Below, in pieces: positions 29,609-39,578 of a stretch of DNA of 64,000 nucleotides. The stretch is from the NCBI GenBank assembly GCA_963422645.2, contig CAXXVO010000007.1, forward strand, positions 704,001 through 768,000, given 5' to 3'. The notes beneath the pieces were generated by a model that had not been told where the DNA came from, did not search any database, and was given only the letters and a program-made list of their open reading frames with translations. Position 1 is the stretch's first letter; every line of letters begins with the position of its first letter. Source of the stretch: Alphaproteobacteria bacterium. Lineage in GTDB: Bacteria > Pseudomonadota > Alphaproteobacteria > UBA828. A program made the position numbers and the translations under genes.

Positions 29609-30277
29609 GTGGGGTATTTCGGGTCGAAGGCGACGACCGGTCTGAGCCAGGCGCTGATTGCGCTGATGCCGCCGCACTCTGTCTATATCGAGAGCCATCT
29701 TGGGGGCGGGGCGCTGATGAAGCGCAAGCCTGCGGCCATGCGCTCGATCGGGATCGACCGCGACGAGCGGGCGCTTGAGGCCTTTGGCTGCGACTACCCG
29801 GTGGAGTTGGTGCACGGCTGCGCCCATTCCTTCCTGGCCTCGTTCCCGTTTCTGGGCCCGGAGCTGGTCTACAGCGATCCGCCCTATCTGCACGCGACCC
29901 GGCGTTCGTCGCAGCGCTACCGCTTCGAGTACGAGGAGGCCGACCACGTCGCGCTCCTCGAACTGCTCAAGGGTCTGCCCTGCCAGGTGATGGTCTCGGG
30001 CCACCCGTCTGCGCTCTATGACGAGCTGCTGGCGGGCTGGCGCCGGCTGGCGCTGCAGGTGACGACCCAGGCCCAGGTGCGGACCGAGGTCGTGTGGTTC
30101 AACTTCGCGCCTGACCGGGTGCACTGGGCGAGCTTCGCCGGCCGGAACTTCACCGAGCGCCAGTGCATCAAGCGCAAGGCGGCCAACTGGGGCCGGCGCT
30201 ACGAGGCCATGCCGGCGGGCGAACGCCTGGCGGTGCTGGCCGCGATCATGGCCGTCGAGGCCGACGAGGGTTCGTGA
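29609..30277 (+). CDS. DNA adenine methyltransferase (Dam/D12-like, compact)
   Basis: YFGSK, YIESHLGGG SAM-binding motif, IGID, YSDPPY catalytic motif, RTEVVWFNF. Confidence 0.85.
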   Translation: MGYFGSKATTGLSQALIALMPPHSVYIESHLGGGALMKRKPAAMRSIGIDRDERALEAFGCDYPVELVHGCAHSFLASFPFLGPELVYSDPPYLHATRRSSQRYRFEYEEADHVALLELLKGLPCQVMVSGHPSALYDELLAGWRRLALQVTTQAQVRTEVVWFNFAPDRVHWASFAGRNFTERQCIKRKAANWGRRYEAMPAGERLAVLAAIMAVEADEGS

Positions 30278-31815
30278 CAGTGTCGCGCTGGCACGAGGAC
30301 CTCGCTGCCCACGACGAGGCCTTCGCGTGCCTGCAGGACCTTTTCACCCCACAATCCTTCGCAATGACCGCCGTCAAGGCCATTCGGGAATGGGGCCAGG
30401 GGTTGCTGCGCCTGAGCGCGGCCCTGGTCAAGGAGAACGACGCGCTGGAGCGGGAGAACGCCCGCTTGCGCGAGCGGATCGCCGAACTCGAGCGCAGCGC
30501 CGCGCTCGACAGCACCACCAGCTCCAAGCCGCCGGCCAGCGACGGTCTGAAGAAGAAGAGCGGTGACCGGGAGAAGCGCACCCGGAGCCAGCGCGGCAAG
30601 TCCGACAGGCCCAGTGGCGGCCAGCCGGGCCACAAGGGAACTACCCTGGAGCGGACCGCGACGCCCGACCATGTCGTCGATCATGATCCGTCCGCCTGTG
30701 AGGGCTGCGGCGCGCCGCTGTCGGACGCTGACCGTCACGGAGCCCCCGTCTGCCGGCAGGTCTTCGATGTGCCCGAGCCGCAGCCCCTCGAGGTCACCGA
30801 ACATCGCGGCCATCGTTGCCTCTGCGCTGCCTGCGGCACCGTGACGACAGCCGTCTTCCCGAACGGCGTGAGCGCACCGGTCCAATACGGGCCGCGCATC
30901 ACCGCGTGGGTGACCTACCTGCTGCACGCTCAGTTCATTCCCGAGAAGCGGGTCGCCGAGGTCATGAGCGACCTCTTCGCGGTCAAGCTCTCAACAGCCA
31001 CCATCGTCGCCATGGGAAGGCGCACCGCCCGGCGCTTCGAGGGCTTCCTCGATCGCCTCGCGGAGATCATCCGCACCGCAGCCCCAGTCAAACACCTCGA
31101 CGAGACCGGCATCCGCATCGCCGCCCGGACCCATTGGCTCCATGTGCTGTGCACCCCGTTGCTCACCATCCTGCGCGTCGCCACCGGGCGCAGCCACATC
31201 GACGAGAAGCTCAACGGCATCGTCATCCATGACGACTACGCCACCTACTTCGCTCTCGAGGGCGTGCGCCACGGGGCCTGCAACGCCCATCACCTGCGCG
31301 AGCTCCAAGCCCTCATCGAGATCGAGAAGGAAGACTGGGCAACGAGCACGCACCGGCTCCTCATCCGTGCCAACAGAGCCGCCCGCTTCGCCCACAAGAA
31401 CGACCGCGACGTGCCCGCCTCACTGGTGGCCCGCATCTCGCGAGCCTGGGACCGCATCCTCGAACGTGCCATCGCCTCTCACGAAGAAATGCCACCGCTC
31501 CAGACCGGAAAGCGCGGACGACAAAAGCGCTGCATCGGTCACAACCTCGCGCTCCGGCTCCAGAAGTACAAGGAGGGCTGCCTGCGCTTCCTCACCGACC
31601 CGCGAACCCCGTTCTCGAACAACGAGGCGGAGAGAGATATCCGAATGGGCAAACTGCGTCAGAAAATCTCAGGCGGCTTCCGCTCGATACAAGGCGCCCG
31701 CGACTTCGCCAACCTGCGGTCCGTCATCGCCACCGCCCGAAAGCAGGACTGGAATGTCCTCGAAACCCTGGCGCACCCCGATCCTATGCAGCTGATCCCG
31801 CTACTGCGCTGCTGA
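30274..31815 (+). CDS. IS66 transposase TnpC
   Basis: SSKPPASD, GGQPGHKG, zinc finger, HLDETG, CNAHHLREL, NNEAERDIR; GTGA overlap with methyltransferase stop. Confidence 0.93.
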   Translation: MTVSRWHEDLAAHDEAFACLQDLFTPQSFAMTAVKAIREWGQGLLRLSAALVKENDALERENARLRERIAELERSAALDSTTSSKPPASDGLKKKSGDREKRTRSQRGKSDRPSGGQPGHKGTTLERTATPDHVVDHDPSACEGCGAPLSDADRHGAPVCRQVFDVPEPQPLEVTEHRGHRCLCAACGTVTTAVFPNGVSAPVQYGPRITAWVTYLLHAQFIPEKRVAEVMSDLFAVKLSTATIVAMGRRTARRFEGFLDRLAEIIRTAAPVKHLDETGIRIAARTHWLHVLCTPLLTILRVATGRSHIDEKLNGIVIHDDYATYFALEGVRHGACNAHHLRELQALIEIEKEDWATSTHRLLIRANRAARFAHKNDRDVPASLVARISRAWDRILERAIASHEEMPPLQTGKRGRQKRCIGHNLALRLQKYKEGCLRFLTDPRTPFSNNEAERDIRMGKLRQKISGGFRSIQGARDFANLRSVIATARKQDWNVLETLAHPDPMQLIPLLRC

Positions 31816-31901
31816 AATCTCGCGTCAGCGCCACCAGGCCAGAACCATCAATCCATCACGTGTGAATGCTCGGAATCAGACCTGGGCAGTTACGTCAGGA
31901 T

Positions 31902-32209
31902 TATCTCCGCCACCGCCTTCTGGACTATCTTGTCCTCTATGGCCGCGACGCCGAGCGGTCGTGTGCCGCCATCAGGCTTCGGAATGTTCACCCGCCGTGA
32001 TGGCGTCGCCCGGTACGCTCCCGAGTGCACGCGGTCGTGCAGGTCGGCCAGTCGGCCTTCCAGCCCTTCCTCGTACATCCGCCAAGTCCTGCCATCCGCA
32101 CCTGCCGCAGCGTCCTTCTTCAACGCGAAGAACGCCCAGCGCAGCGCATCGACCGTGACATGGTGGAGAAGCGCCGTCAGACGCTCCCGTGGCTCCCGTT
32201 GTACAAACT
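31902..32209 (-). pseudogene. Group II intron reverse transcriptase, fragment 2 (RT0-RT2)
   Basis: FVQREPRERLTALLHHV...AAAGADG...RRVNIPKPDGGTRPLGVAAIEDKIVQ. Confidence 0.92.
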
Positions 32210-32338
32210 CAGACTTCCTGACCTCTTGGCGTTGACGCTGCCGGACGGCGTGCCGCGAACCCCTTGAAGTCTGCCACTTTTCGGCCGTTGCGGGCCGATT
32301 TTCGGTGGCAGTCGCAGCCGATGTCGTATATTTTGATA

Positions 32339-33363
32339 GGCTCAATTAGCGATTCGTAAGCATTGTTGGTAGACTGGCCCGGATCTCAGGAGGTTGGGTC
32401 ATGGACAGTCAGGACTTTCAGGGTTGGCTTTCGGCAGCGGTCGGGCTGACGCGGGCACAGCGGCGCGAGGCGCTGGCGGTGCTGTCCGGCCGGCGCGCAG
32501 ACGAGGCGTCGAAGGCGGCGATCGAACTCGCTGTGGACGAGGCTCGGCGCTGCCCGCATTGCGCGCGCGAAGGGGCGGTTTCGCGCGGCATGGCGCGGGG
32601 CCTGCGGCGCTACCAGTGCAAGGGCTGCGGCAGGACCTTCAACGCGCTGACCGGCACCCCGCTGTCGGGCCTGCACCACAAGGAGCGCTGGCTGTCGTTC
32701 GGGGCCTCGCTTGCGGAGGGCGAGACGGTGAAGGCGTCGGCGGAGCGCTGCGATGTGGCGGTGAGCACGGCGTTCCGCTGGCGTCACCGCTTTCTGGCGG
32801 CGGCGCGGGGTGGTTCGGGGGTGCTCAAGGGCATCGTGGAGGCGGACGAGACGTACATGCTGGAGAGCCGGAAGGGCACGCGCAAGCTGGGGCGCAAGGC
32901 GCGGCGGCGGGGCGGCAAGGCGAAGAAGCGCGGCCTCTCGCGCGAGCAGGTGCCGGTTCTCATGGCGGCGGACCGTGGCGGGACGACGTTCAGCGCGGTA
33001 CTGCCCAGGGTCGATGCGGTGGTGCTCACGGCCGCCCTCGATCCGGTGCTCGCCAGGGACGCCCTGCTGGTCTCCGACGGCGGCGCGAGCTACCCACCGT
33101 GCGCCGCCGCGCTCGGAGTGAGCCACGAGAGCCTCAACCGGTCGATGGGGGAACGGGTCCGGGGCGATCTGCATGTGCAGACGGTGAACAGCCGCCACAG
33201 CCGCTGGAAGGACTTCCTGCGACCGCGCCGGGGCGTTGCCACCCGCTATCTGGACAACTATCTGAGCTGGTTCCACCTCGTCGGCCTCGCCCCCGGCGCC
33301 AGTGATCGCGCCTGCCTCGCCGCTGCCGTGACAAGATAACCCATACGATTCGCTAATTGAGCC
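32339..33363 (+). mobile_element. IS1595-family element
   Basis: IR GGCTCAATTAGCGA(T/A)TCGTA; 8-bp TSD TTTTGATA at 32331-32338 and 33364-33371. Confidence 0.93.
32401..33339 (+). CDS. IS1595 (ISXO2-like) transposase
   Basis: CPHC...CKGC zinc ribbon, HTH, EADETY, SDG, HVQTVN, GVATRYLDNY. Confidence 0.93.
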   Translation: MDSQDFQGWLSAAVGLTRAQRREALAVLSGRRADEASKAAIELAVDEARRCPHCAREGAVSRGMARGLRRYQCKGCGRTFNALTGTPLSGLHHKERWLSFGASLAEGETVKASAERCDVAVSTAFRWRHRFLAAARGGSGVLKGIVEADETYMLESRKGTRKLGRKARRRGGKAKKRGLSREQVPVLMAADRGGTTFSAVLPRVDAVVLTAALDPVLARDALLVSDGGASYPPCAAALGVSHESLNRSMGERVRGDLHVQTVNSRHSRWKDFLRPRRGVATRYLDNYLSWFHLVGLAPGASDRACLAAAVTR

Positions 33364-33396
33364 TTTTGATATGACACTATATACGCGGCCTCAGCC

Positions 33397-35787
33397 ATGC
33401 CCATGACCCTCCCGCTGTGCCCCCCAGAGGCGGTTCCGATCGGCAACAGCTGCTTCGCCGTCCTGATCTCGGACGACACCTTCACCTACTTCTCAAACCT
33501 CGTTCCCTTCGACAGCCACCCCGCCGATGACCGCGCCGCCATGCTCATGCGCATCGGCCGCCTCGCGGTGATCAGCGCGCTCTCGCCGCAGGATCTGGCC
33601 GACGCGTTCTGTGTCTCGCGCTCGACCGTGCAGCGAGCACGGCGGCGCTACCTGGCCGAGGGTGAAGCGGCGTTTCTGAAACCCCGGCGCGGGCGCGGGC
33701 CGTCGGTGTTCACGCCGGCGTTGGCCAAGAGGGCGACAGCGTTGCTGGAAGCGGGCCTGAGCGGCGCTGCGGTGGCCCGGGTTCTCGGCGTGTCGAAAGC
33801 CTCGGTCCACAAGTGGCGCCGGCGGGGGCTGATCGGCAAGGCGGTGTGCGCGCAGGAGCCCGCAGGCTCGGCAGTGGGTGCGCCATGCGAGGCGCGTGTC
33901 GCTGAAGAGGCTGGCGGCGCAGCCGGACCCGAAGCGGGCGAAGCGCAGCCCTTGGCGGACACGGCGCAGAGCGGGGAGCCAGGTCCTCTCGACGCCGGGA
34001 CGCAGACGGATCGCAGCGCGCGCGACCGGCGCGACCGGCAGGCGCCGATGGGGCGCGCGACCTGCGATGTCTCGGGCCGGGTGCTGGCCAGCAGCGGGCA
34101 GGCGGGACCGGTCGAACCGCAGTTCGCCAGCGCCGCCCGCGGCGTGCGCTCAGGCGGCGTTCTCACCGCCCTGCCGGCCCTGCTCAAGGAAGGTCTGCTG
34201 GCCGCGAGCGACGCCCTGCCGCTCCTGCCCAAGGGCTATTACGGCCTGAACACGATCCTGCTTTTCCTGGCCTTCATGACCCTGGCGCGGGTACGCAACC
34301 CCGAGAGTTTGCGCTATCGGCCGCCGGGCGAATGGGGCGCCATCCTCGGCCTCGACCGTTGCCCCGAGGTCAAGACCCTGCGGCGCAAGATCGCTCTGAT
34401 CGCCAACGACGAGGCCGGCGTGCGGGCTTGGCAGCGCGCCCTTGCCAGGCGCTGGCAGGCCGACGAGCCGGAGCTCTGGGCGACGCTGGCCGTCGACGGG
34501 CACGTCAAGGTCTGCGCCGGCCGCAAGGGACGCCTGCCGAAACACTTCGTCTCGCGCCAGAAGCTGTGCCTGCCGGCCAGCACCGGCTACTGGATCAACG
34601 CCCTGGGCGGCAAGCCCCTGCTCTGTCTGCATAAGACGCTGGATCCGAAGATGGTCGCCGCCATCGAAGCCGACGTGGTGCCGGCGCTGCAGGACCTCGG
34701 GATCGTCGACGCCCAGGCGCCGGACCTGACCGCAGAGGCGCCCGGCCACCCCGCGCTCACCCTGGTCTTCGACCGCGAAGGCTGGAGCCCGGATCTGTTC
34801 CGCCGGCTGGCGAGGCGCGGCATCGCCTGCCTGACCTGGCACAAGAACTTCGGCGGCGAGGATTGGCCGGTCGAGGACTTCGGCGCGACGACCGTTCCCA
34901 TTCACGGACCGGCGACAAACGGCACCGCCTCCGTGCGGCTGGCCGAAAAGCCGGTGACGTTGCCGAACGGCTTCAGGGTGCGCCAGATCCGCCGCCTGCT
35001 GGACAACGGCCGTCAGATCCCCTTCATCGTCACCGATCCGCACAAACCGATGAGCGAGGCCGCAGGCGCCATGTTCTCGCGCTGGTCGCAGGAAAACTTC
35101 TTCAAGTACATGCGCGACGAGTTCAATCCCGACGCCCTGCCGACCCACGAACTCGAGCCTCTCGATCCCGACACCATGGTCGTAAACCCGCTCCGGCGGG
35201 CCTGTGACAAGGCAATCCGCAGCGCCGAACGCCGGCTCGCCCGCCTGCGCAACCGGACCGCCGGCGCGGCCGGGAAAAAGAGGCCGAAGGCGCAGCTCGG
35301 GAGAGAAGTCAGCGACCTCGAGGGTGCCCTCGAGATCGCCAGGGCCAGCCGCAGGAACGTGCCGAAGCACTGTCGAGCCGGCGACCTCGACGAAGACCGA
35401 CAGCTCGATGCCCTGCCCTCACGCGACCGCCTCCTCCTCGACATCATCCGCATGATCGCCTGCCGCGCCGAAACCCGCATGATGCTCCCCGTCATGCAGG
35501 GACAAGGCAAGAAGCCTCATCCCCGGAAACTGCTTCAGGCTCTCATGACCGCCGACGCCGACATCTTGCCGGACCCCGCCAACGGCGTTCTCCGGGTCCA
35601 CATTCCCGGCCTCGCAAATGACGCTTGCGACCGCCAGATCGATGCCCTCCTGAACGAGCTCAACGCCACCGAAACGCTCTTCCCCGGGACCGATCTGCGC
35701 ATGGTCTACGAGATCGACGCAGCCCCGGAACCCACCCAGCCGGTGTCACACCAAATCACTAGCCCGGATTATTCGCATCGGGTCTGA
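33397..35787 (+). CDS. Putative transposase with two N-terminal HTHs; C-terminal residues displaced by IS1380
   Basis: GEWGAILGLDRCPEVKTLR, VDGH, VFDREG, RWSQENFFKYM; original end QITRGQEV* reconstructed across IS1380. Confidence 0.8.
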   Translation: MPMTLPLCPPEAVPIGNSCFAVLISDDTFTYFSNLVPFDSHPADDRAAMLMRIGRLAVISALSPQDLADAFCVSRSTVQRARRRYLAEGEAAFLKPRRGRGPSVFTPALAKRATALLEAGLSGAAVARVLGVSKASVHKWRRRGLIGKAVCAQEPAGSAVGAPCEARVAEEAGGAAGPEAGEAQPLADTAQSGEPGPLDAGTQTDRSARDRRDRQAPMGRATCDVSGRVLASSGQAGPVEPQFASAARGVRSGGVLTALPALLKEGLLAASDALPLLPKGYYGLNTILLFLAFMTLARVRNPESLRYRPPGEWGAILGLDRCPEVKTLRRKIALIANDEAGVRAWQRALARRWQADEPELWATLAVDGHVKVCAGRKGRLPKHFVSRQKLCLPASTGYWINALGGKPLLCLHKTLDPKMVAAIEADVVPALQDLGIVDAQAPDLTAEAPGHPALTLVFDREGWSPDLFRRLARRGIACLTWHKNFGGEDWPVEDFGATTVPIHGPATNGTASVRLAEKPVTLPNGFRVRQIRRLLDNGRQIPFIVTDPHKPMSEAAGAMFSRWSQENFFKYMRDEFNPDALPTHELEPLDPDTMVVNPLRRACDKAIRSAERRLARLRNRTAGAAGKKRPKAQLGREVSDLEGALEIARASRRNVPKHCRAGDLDEDRQLDALPSRDRLLLDIIRMIACRAETRMMLPVMQGQGKKPHPRKLLQALMTADADILPDPANGVLRVHIPGLANDACDRQIDALLNELNATETLFPGTDLRMVYEIDAAPEPTQPVSHQITSPDYSHRV

Positions 35788-37376
35788 TTTTGGGGTGGCG
35801 GACGTAGCGTAAGCCGTTGCCATCGGGTAGGAATTCGTTGTCGACGCGTCTTCCTCTCCGAACAACGAAAGCGCCACGCCCGCCATGACCGACGGTAGCC
35901 TTCTCCCCTTCGATCTGCCAAGCGTTCAACGCAAGAAGGTGAGCGCCGCCTTCGACGGCGGCCTGATCTCGTCGGACGGCGGCCTCGTCCTGCTGCGCGA
36001 GGCGGAGCGCTGCTTAGGCTTGGCCGAGACCCTGGCAGGCTGCATCCGCGACCGGCGCAATCAGGCGCAGGTGGTGCACGCGCTCCCGGCCATGCTGCGC
36101 TTCCGCATGCTGGCGATCGCCTGCGGCTACGAAGATGCCGACGACTGCGACGCGCTGCGCGCGGACCCGCTGTTCAAGCTGGCCTCAGGGAAGGCGCCGG
36201 AGAGCGGGGGCGCGCTCTGCTCGCAGCCCACCATGAGCCGCCTGGAAAACGCGCCGTCCCGCATCGAGGTGGCGCGGATGACGGCGGCGCTGGTCGATCT
36301 CTTCTGTCGCTCCTTCCCCGCCCCTCCCGCCGCCATCACCCTCGATATCGACGACACCTGCGATGCCGTGCACGGCCACCAGCAGCTCTCGCTCTTCCAC
36401 GCTCATTACGACACGCGCTGCTTCCTGCCCGTTCACGTCTATCATGTGGAAAGTGGCAAGCCGGTGGCGGTCCTCCTGCGCCCGGGAAAGACGCCGTCGG
36501 GGTCCGAGGTCCGTACCCTCGTCAAGCATCTGGTCCGCCGCATCCGCCGGCACTGGCCGCGCACCCGGATCGTCTTCCAGGGAGACAGCCACTACGGCCG
36601 CACGCAAGCCATGGCCTGGTGCGAGGAGAACGGCGTCGACTACATCTTCGGCCTCGCGGGCAATCGCGCGCTGCACGCTCTCGCATACGAGGCGGCCGAC
36701 GATCTCAAGGTCCGCCGCGCAGAGGCCGGCGCAGACAGGATGCGGGCCTTCGCCGCCTTCGCCTACGCCGCCCGCTCCCGGGACCGCGAACGCCGGGTCG
36801 TCGCCCGGCTCGAGGCGAGCACGCGCGGCTTCGATGCCCGCTATATCGTCACCTCGCTCGAAGGCGATCCCCGCCGTCTCTACGAAGACGTCTACTGCGC
36901 CCGCGGCCAGGCCGAGAACCTGATCAAGTTGCACAAGGGCCAGCTCGCCTCGGACCGCACCTCCTGCCAGAGCCCGATCGCCAACCAGCTCAGGCTGGTC
37001 CTGCACACCGGCGCCTACTGGCTCATGCTCACCCTGCGCGACGCCATCCCCCGTGCCGCGCCCCTCGCCCGTGCAGAGTTCGCAACCCTGAGGCTGAGAC
37101 TGCTCAAGATCGGCGCCCGCGTCATCGAGAAGGCCACCCGCGTCCGCATCCACTTCACCTCGGCCTGCCCCGACGCCGCTCTCTTCCGCCTGCTGGCAGG
37201 CCGTCTCGCCGCGGCAGGTGCCCTGAGCGAAGGGGCGCCGAGCCCCGATCACCCAGGCCCGTTCAACCCTCAACCCGATAACGACCATCCTCAGATCCCG
37301 GCGCCAAACGGCGTCTGGCCCCGACGCGACCCATCAATCGAGCCTCAAGTGCAAGGCTCTCCACGAATAGGTCGGG
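35763..37376 (+). mobile_element. IS1380-family element
   Basis: Imperfect IR CCCGGATTATTCG / CGAATAGGTCGGG; 4-bp TSD CTAG at 35759-35762 and 37377-37380. Confidence 0.88.
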
Positions 37377-37396
37377 CTAGAGGTCAGGAAGTCTGA
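35885..37396 (+). CDS. IS1380 transposase with C-terminal read-through
   Basis: FDGGLISSDGG, GYEDADD, SQPTMSRLEN, LDIDDT, GDSHY, YCARGQAENLIK. Confidence 0.92.
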   Translation: MTDGSLLPFDLPSVQRKKVSAAFDGGLISSDGGLVLLREAERCLGLAETLAGCIRDRRNQAQVVHALPAMLRFRMLAIACGYEDADDCDALRADPLFKLASGKAPESGGALCSQPTMSRLENAPSRIEVARMTAALVDLFCRSFPAPPAAITLDIDDTCDAVHGHQQLSLFHAHYDTRCFLPVHVYHVESGKPVAVLLRPGKTPSGSEVRTLVKHLVRRIRRHWPRTRIVFQGDSHYGRTQAMAWCEENGVDYIFGLAGNRALHALAYEAADDLKVRRAEAGADRMRAFAAFAYAARSRDRERRVVARLEASTRGFDARYIVTSLEGDPRRLYEDVYCARGQAENLIKLHKGQLASDRTSCQSPIANQLRLVLHTGAYWLMLTLRDAIPRAAPLARAEFATLRLRLLKIGARVIEKATRVRIHFTSACPDAALFRLLAGRLAAAGALSEGAPSPDHPGPFNPQPDNDHPQIPAPNGVWPRRDPSIEPQVQGSPRIGRARGQEV

Positions 37397-37400
37397 AACT

Positions 37401-37938
37401 GCCGTATCCGGTCGGCCGCCTGTGTCACGCTTTCCCGACTCTGTGTCCGGCGCGTGCTTTGGCCTTCCAGATTCCCCTTGGGCTCGGTCCTTGGCTCCAT
37501 CGACTCCGCCGGGACTGGCGTCCCTTTGTTCGCCGACTTCATAGCTACTATTCCCGAGTCTGACTTCTCCATGCCGTTCATCTTCGGTTACGGATTCCTC
37601 CTTTCCTCAGCGATCCCGCCACGACAGCGGGATGGCACGGAGACCTCCCAGGTCCCGGTGTAGTGCGTGCGTACGTGCATGGGTTCTTAGACACCGCGGG
37701 ATTCTGACCCCCCTCGCCCTATCGGTGGGTCGGATGCTACCTTCGACCTATGGAAAAGCCTCGGCATCCCGGATGAGTCTCTTTCGGTGCTCAATAGCCC
37801 TGCCCGCACGTGCCCCTGTCAACGCTTAACCTCCATCCTCGCGAATGGCGGCCCATGACTCGGGGTGGAAGTGGTGGCTTGCCTTCTCCTTCCCGCCGGA
37901 CTTTCACCGGCTGCACTGCACCAGTTAGCCTGGCGCTC
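37401..37938 (-). mobile_element. Group II intron 5' part (ribozyme domains I-IV start and RT N-terminus from ATG 37581)
   Basis: GCCGGTGAAAGTCCGGC...TAAGCGTTGACAGGGGCACG...TATTGAGC domain-I-like motifs; RT leader MNGMEKSDSGIVAMKSANK; 5' end GAGCG abuts an IS66 reading frame. Confidence 0.85.
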
Positions 37939-38687
37939 TCCACATCGACCCGTCCCGCAGCGCCAAGGTCGCCACGCAGTTGTTCGGCGGCACGGCGTGC
38001 ATTCTGTTCCTGGTCTGCGACCGTCTCTCGTCCTACAAGACGATGGCGCACGAACTCGGCGGCGCGGTCATTCTGTGTTGGTGCTGGGCGCACCAGCGCC
38101 GCGACTTCATCCACGGTGCGGCCGGGCAGGCAGGGCTGACGCACTGGTGCCAGACGTGGATCGAACGAATCGCCTCGATCTACAAGCTGAACGAGGCGAG
38201 GCTGGGACATTACGACCCCGCTCTCGAACGCCAGACGGCGGTGTTCGCGCAAGCGCAGGCCGCGTTGGAAGCGGAGGTCGAGCGCCTGTTCGCGGACGCC
38301 GAGCAAGAACTCGCCGCCTTGCCGGTAGGAGCGCGCGAGACCAAGGCGCTGCGCTCGCTGCTCAACCATCGCAGTGGGCTGAGCGTCTTCGTCGACAAGC
38401 CCCAGGTCCCCATGGACAACAACGCCGCGGAAAGGGCGCTCAGAGGCCCGGTCATCGGAAGACGGCTCTCGTTCGGTTCCGACAGCGAGACCGGCGCCCG
38501 GTTCACGGCACTGATGTACTCCGTCGTCGCCACGCTGAAGACCAACGGCATCGATGTCCGGCGCTGGCTTGAGACGTGGCTTCGAGTCTGCGCCGAAAAT
38601 GACGGCCGACCACCGGAGGACCCGTCGCCGTGGCTGCCCTGGTCGATGAGCGAGGAACGCAGGCGCGCCCTGATGGCGCCGGGATGA
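37939..38687 (+). pseudogene. IS66 transposase TnpC, 3' part only
   Basis: HIDPSRSA...VCDRLSSYK, CWAHQRRDF, PMDNNAAERALR. Confidence 0.88.
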
Positions 38688-39578
38688 CTGGCTCCGTCGA
38701 GTGCCGGTACTACGGGCGCGACTTCACCGCCGAGGAGATGGCGCTCCTGCGCGTGCTCATCGCCGCCGGCCCACCGCCCAACCGCCATGCCCTGTCGAGG
38801 GAGTTCTGCCGGCGCATCGGCTGGTTCAAGCCTGACGGCGGGCTCAAGGACATGATGGCCAGGGTGACGATGCTGGCCATGCACAAGGACGGCCTGATCG
38901 TCCTCCCGCCGCCGAAATGGCCGCGCCCGCCGCGTCGGCCCATGGTCTTCGGACCCGACACCGAGCCGCCGGTGCATCCGGCGCCGACATCCCTCGACGC
39001 GGTTCGCCCGCTCGATCTGCGGCCTGCCGTCCGCTACAGCCGCGAGGGCAAGCTGTGGAACGAGTTCGTCGCCCGCTACCACTATCTCGGCTACAAGACC
39101 CTGGTCGGCGCCCAGATGCGCTACGCCGTCCACGACCGTGACGGCCGGCCCATCGCCATGCTCGGCTTCAGCACCGCGGCGCGAAAGCTCGCACCCCGCG
39201 ACCGCTTCATCGGATGGACGCCGCAGTCGCGCGAGAAGAACCTCCCGCTTGTGATCGACAACCCGAGGTTCCTTATTCTGCCCTGGATCGTCATCCCGAA
39301 CCTGGGCTCGCACATCCTCTCGCTCGTGCGCCGGCAACTGCCCGACGACTGGACCCAGCGCTACAACGTCACGCCCGTGCTCATCGAGATGAAGGCTTCA
39401 TAATGCTTCTCCGTTGTGCAGGTGGGCGGGCGTTTCTACCGCATTGATAGAAAAGGCGGTTTGGATTCCGTTGTTGCCGCCGCGGCGACCTTTACATCGT
39501 GCCGGACGTGATTTTCCAGTATCGCACGTTGGAGGTGCGGATCTGCATCGGGCGTTTTGCCTGACGGTCCGGGCATGG

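Larger units (their letters stand above)
29460..31893 (+). mobile_element. IS66-family element (single-transposase, ISBst12-like) with a methyltransferase passenger gene
   Basis: IR GTAACTACCCAGG / CCTGGGCAGTTAC (12/13); 8-bp TSD GTCAGGAT at 29452-29459 and 31894-31901. Confidence 0.92.
32210..37395 (+). mobile_element. Unclassified transposable element with ~800-aa HTH-bearing transposase (about 2.5 kb without nested IS)
   Basis: Perfect 17-bp IR CAGACTTCCTGACCTCT (32210-32226 / 37379-37395); flanking duplication AAACT; removal restores the RT frame (RIRQFVQRE). Confidence 0.88.

Noticed and set aside
29155-37581. RT fragments as a retron, DGR or CRISPR-associated RT
   Set aside because: The RT0 region, leader and upstream ribozyme motifs indicate a group II intron; no msr/msd, TR/VR pair or cas1 is visible.
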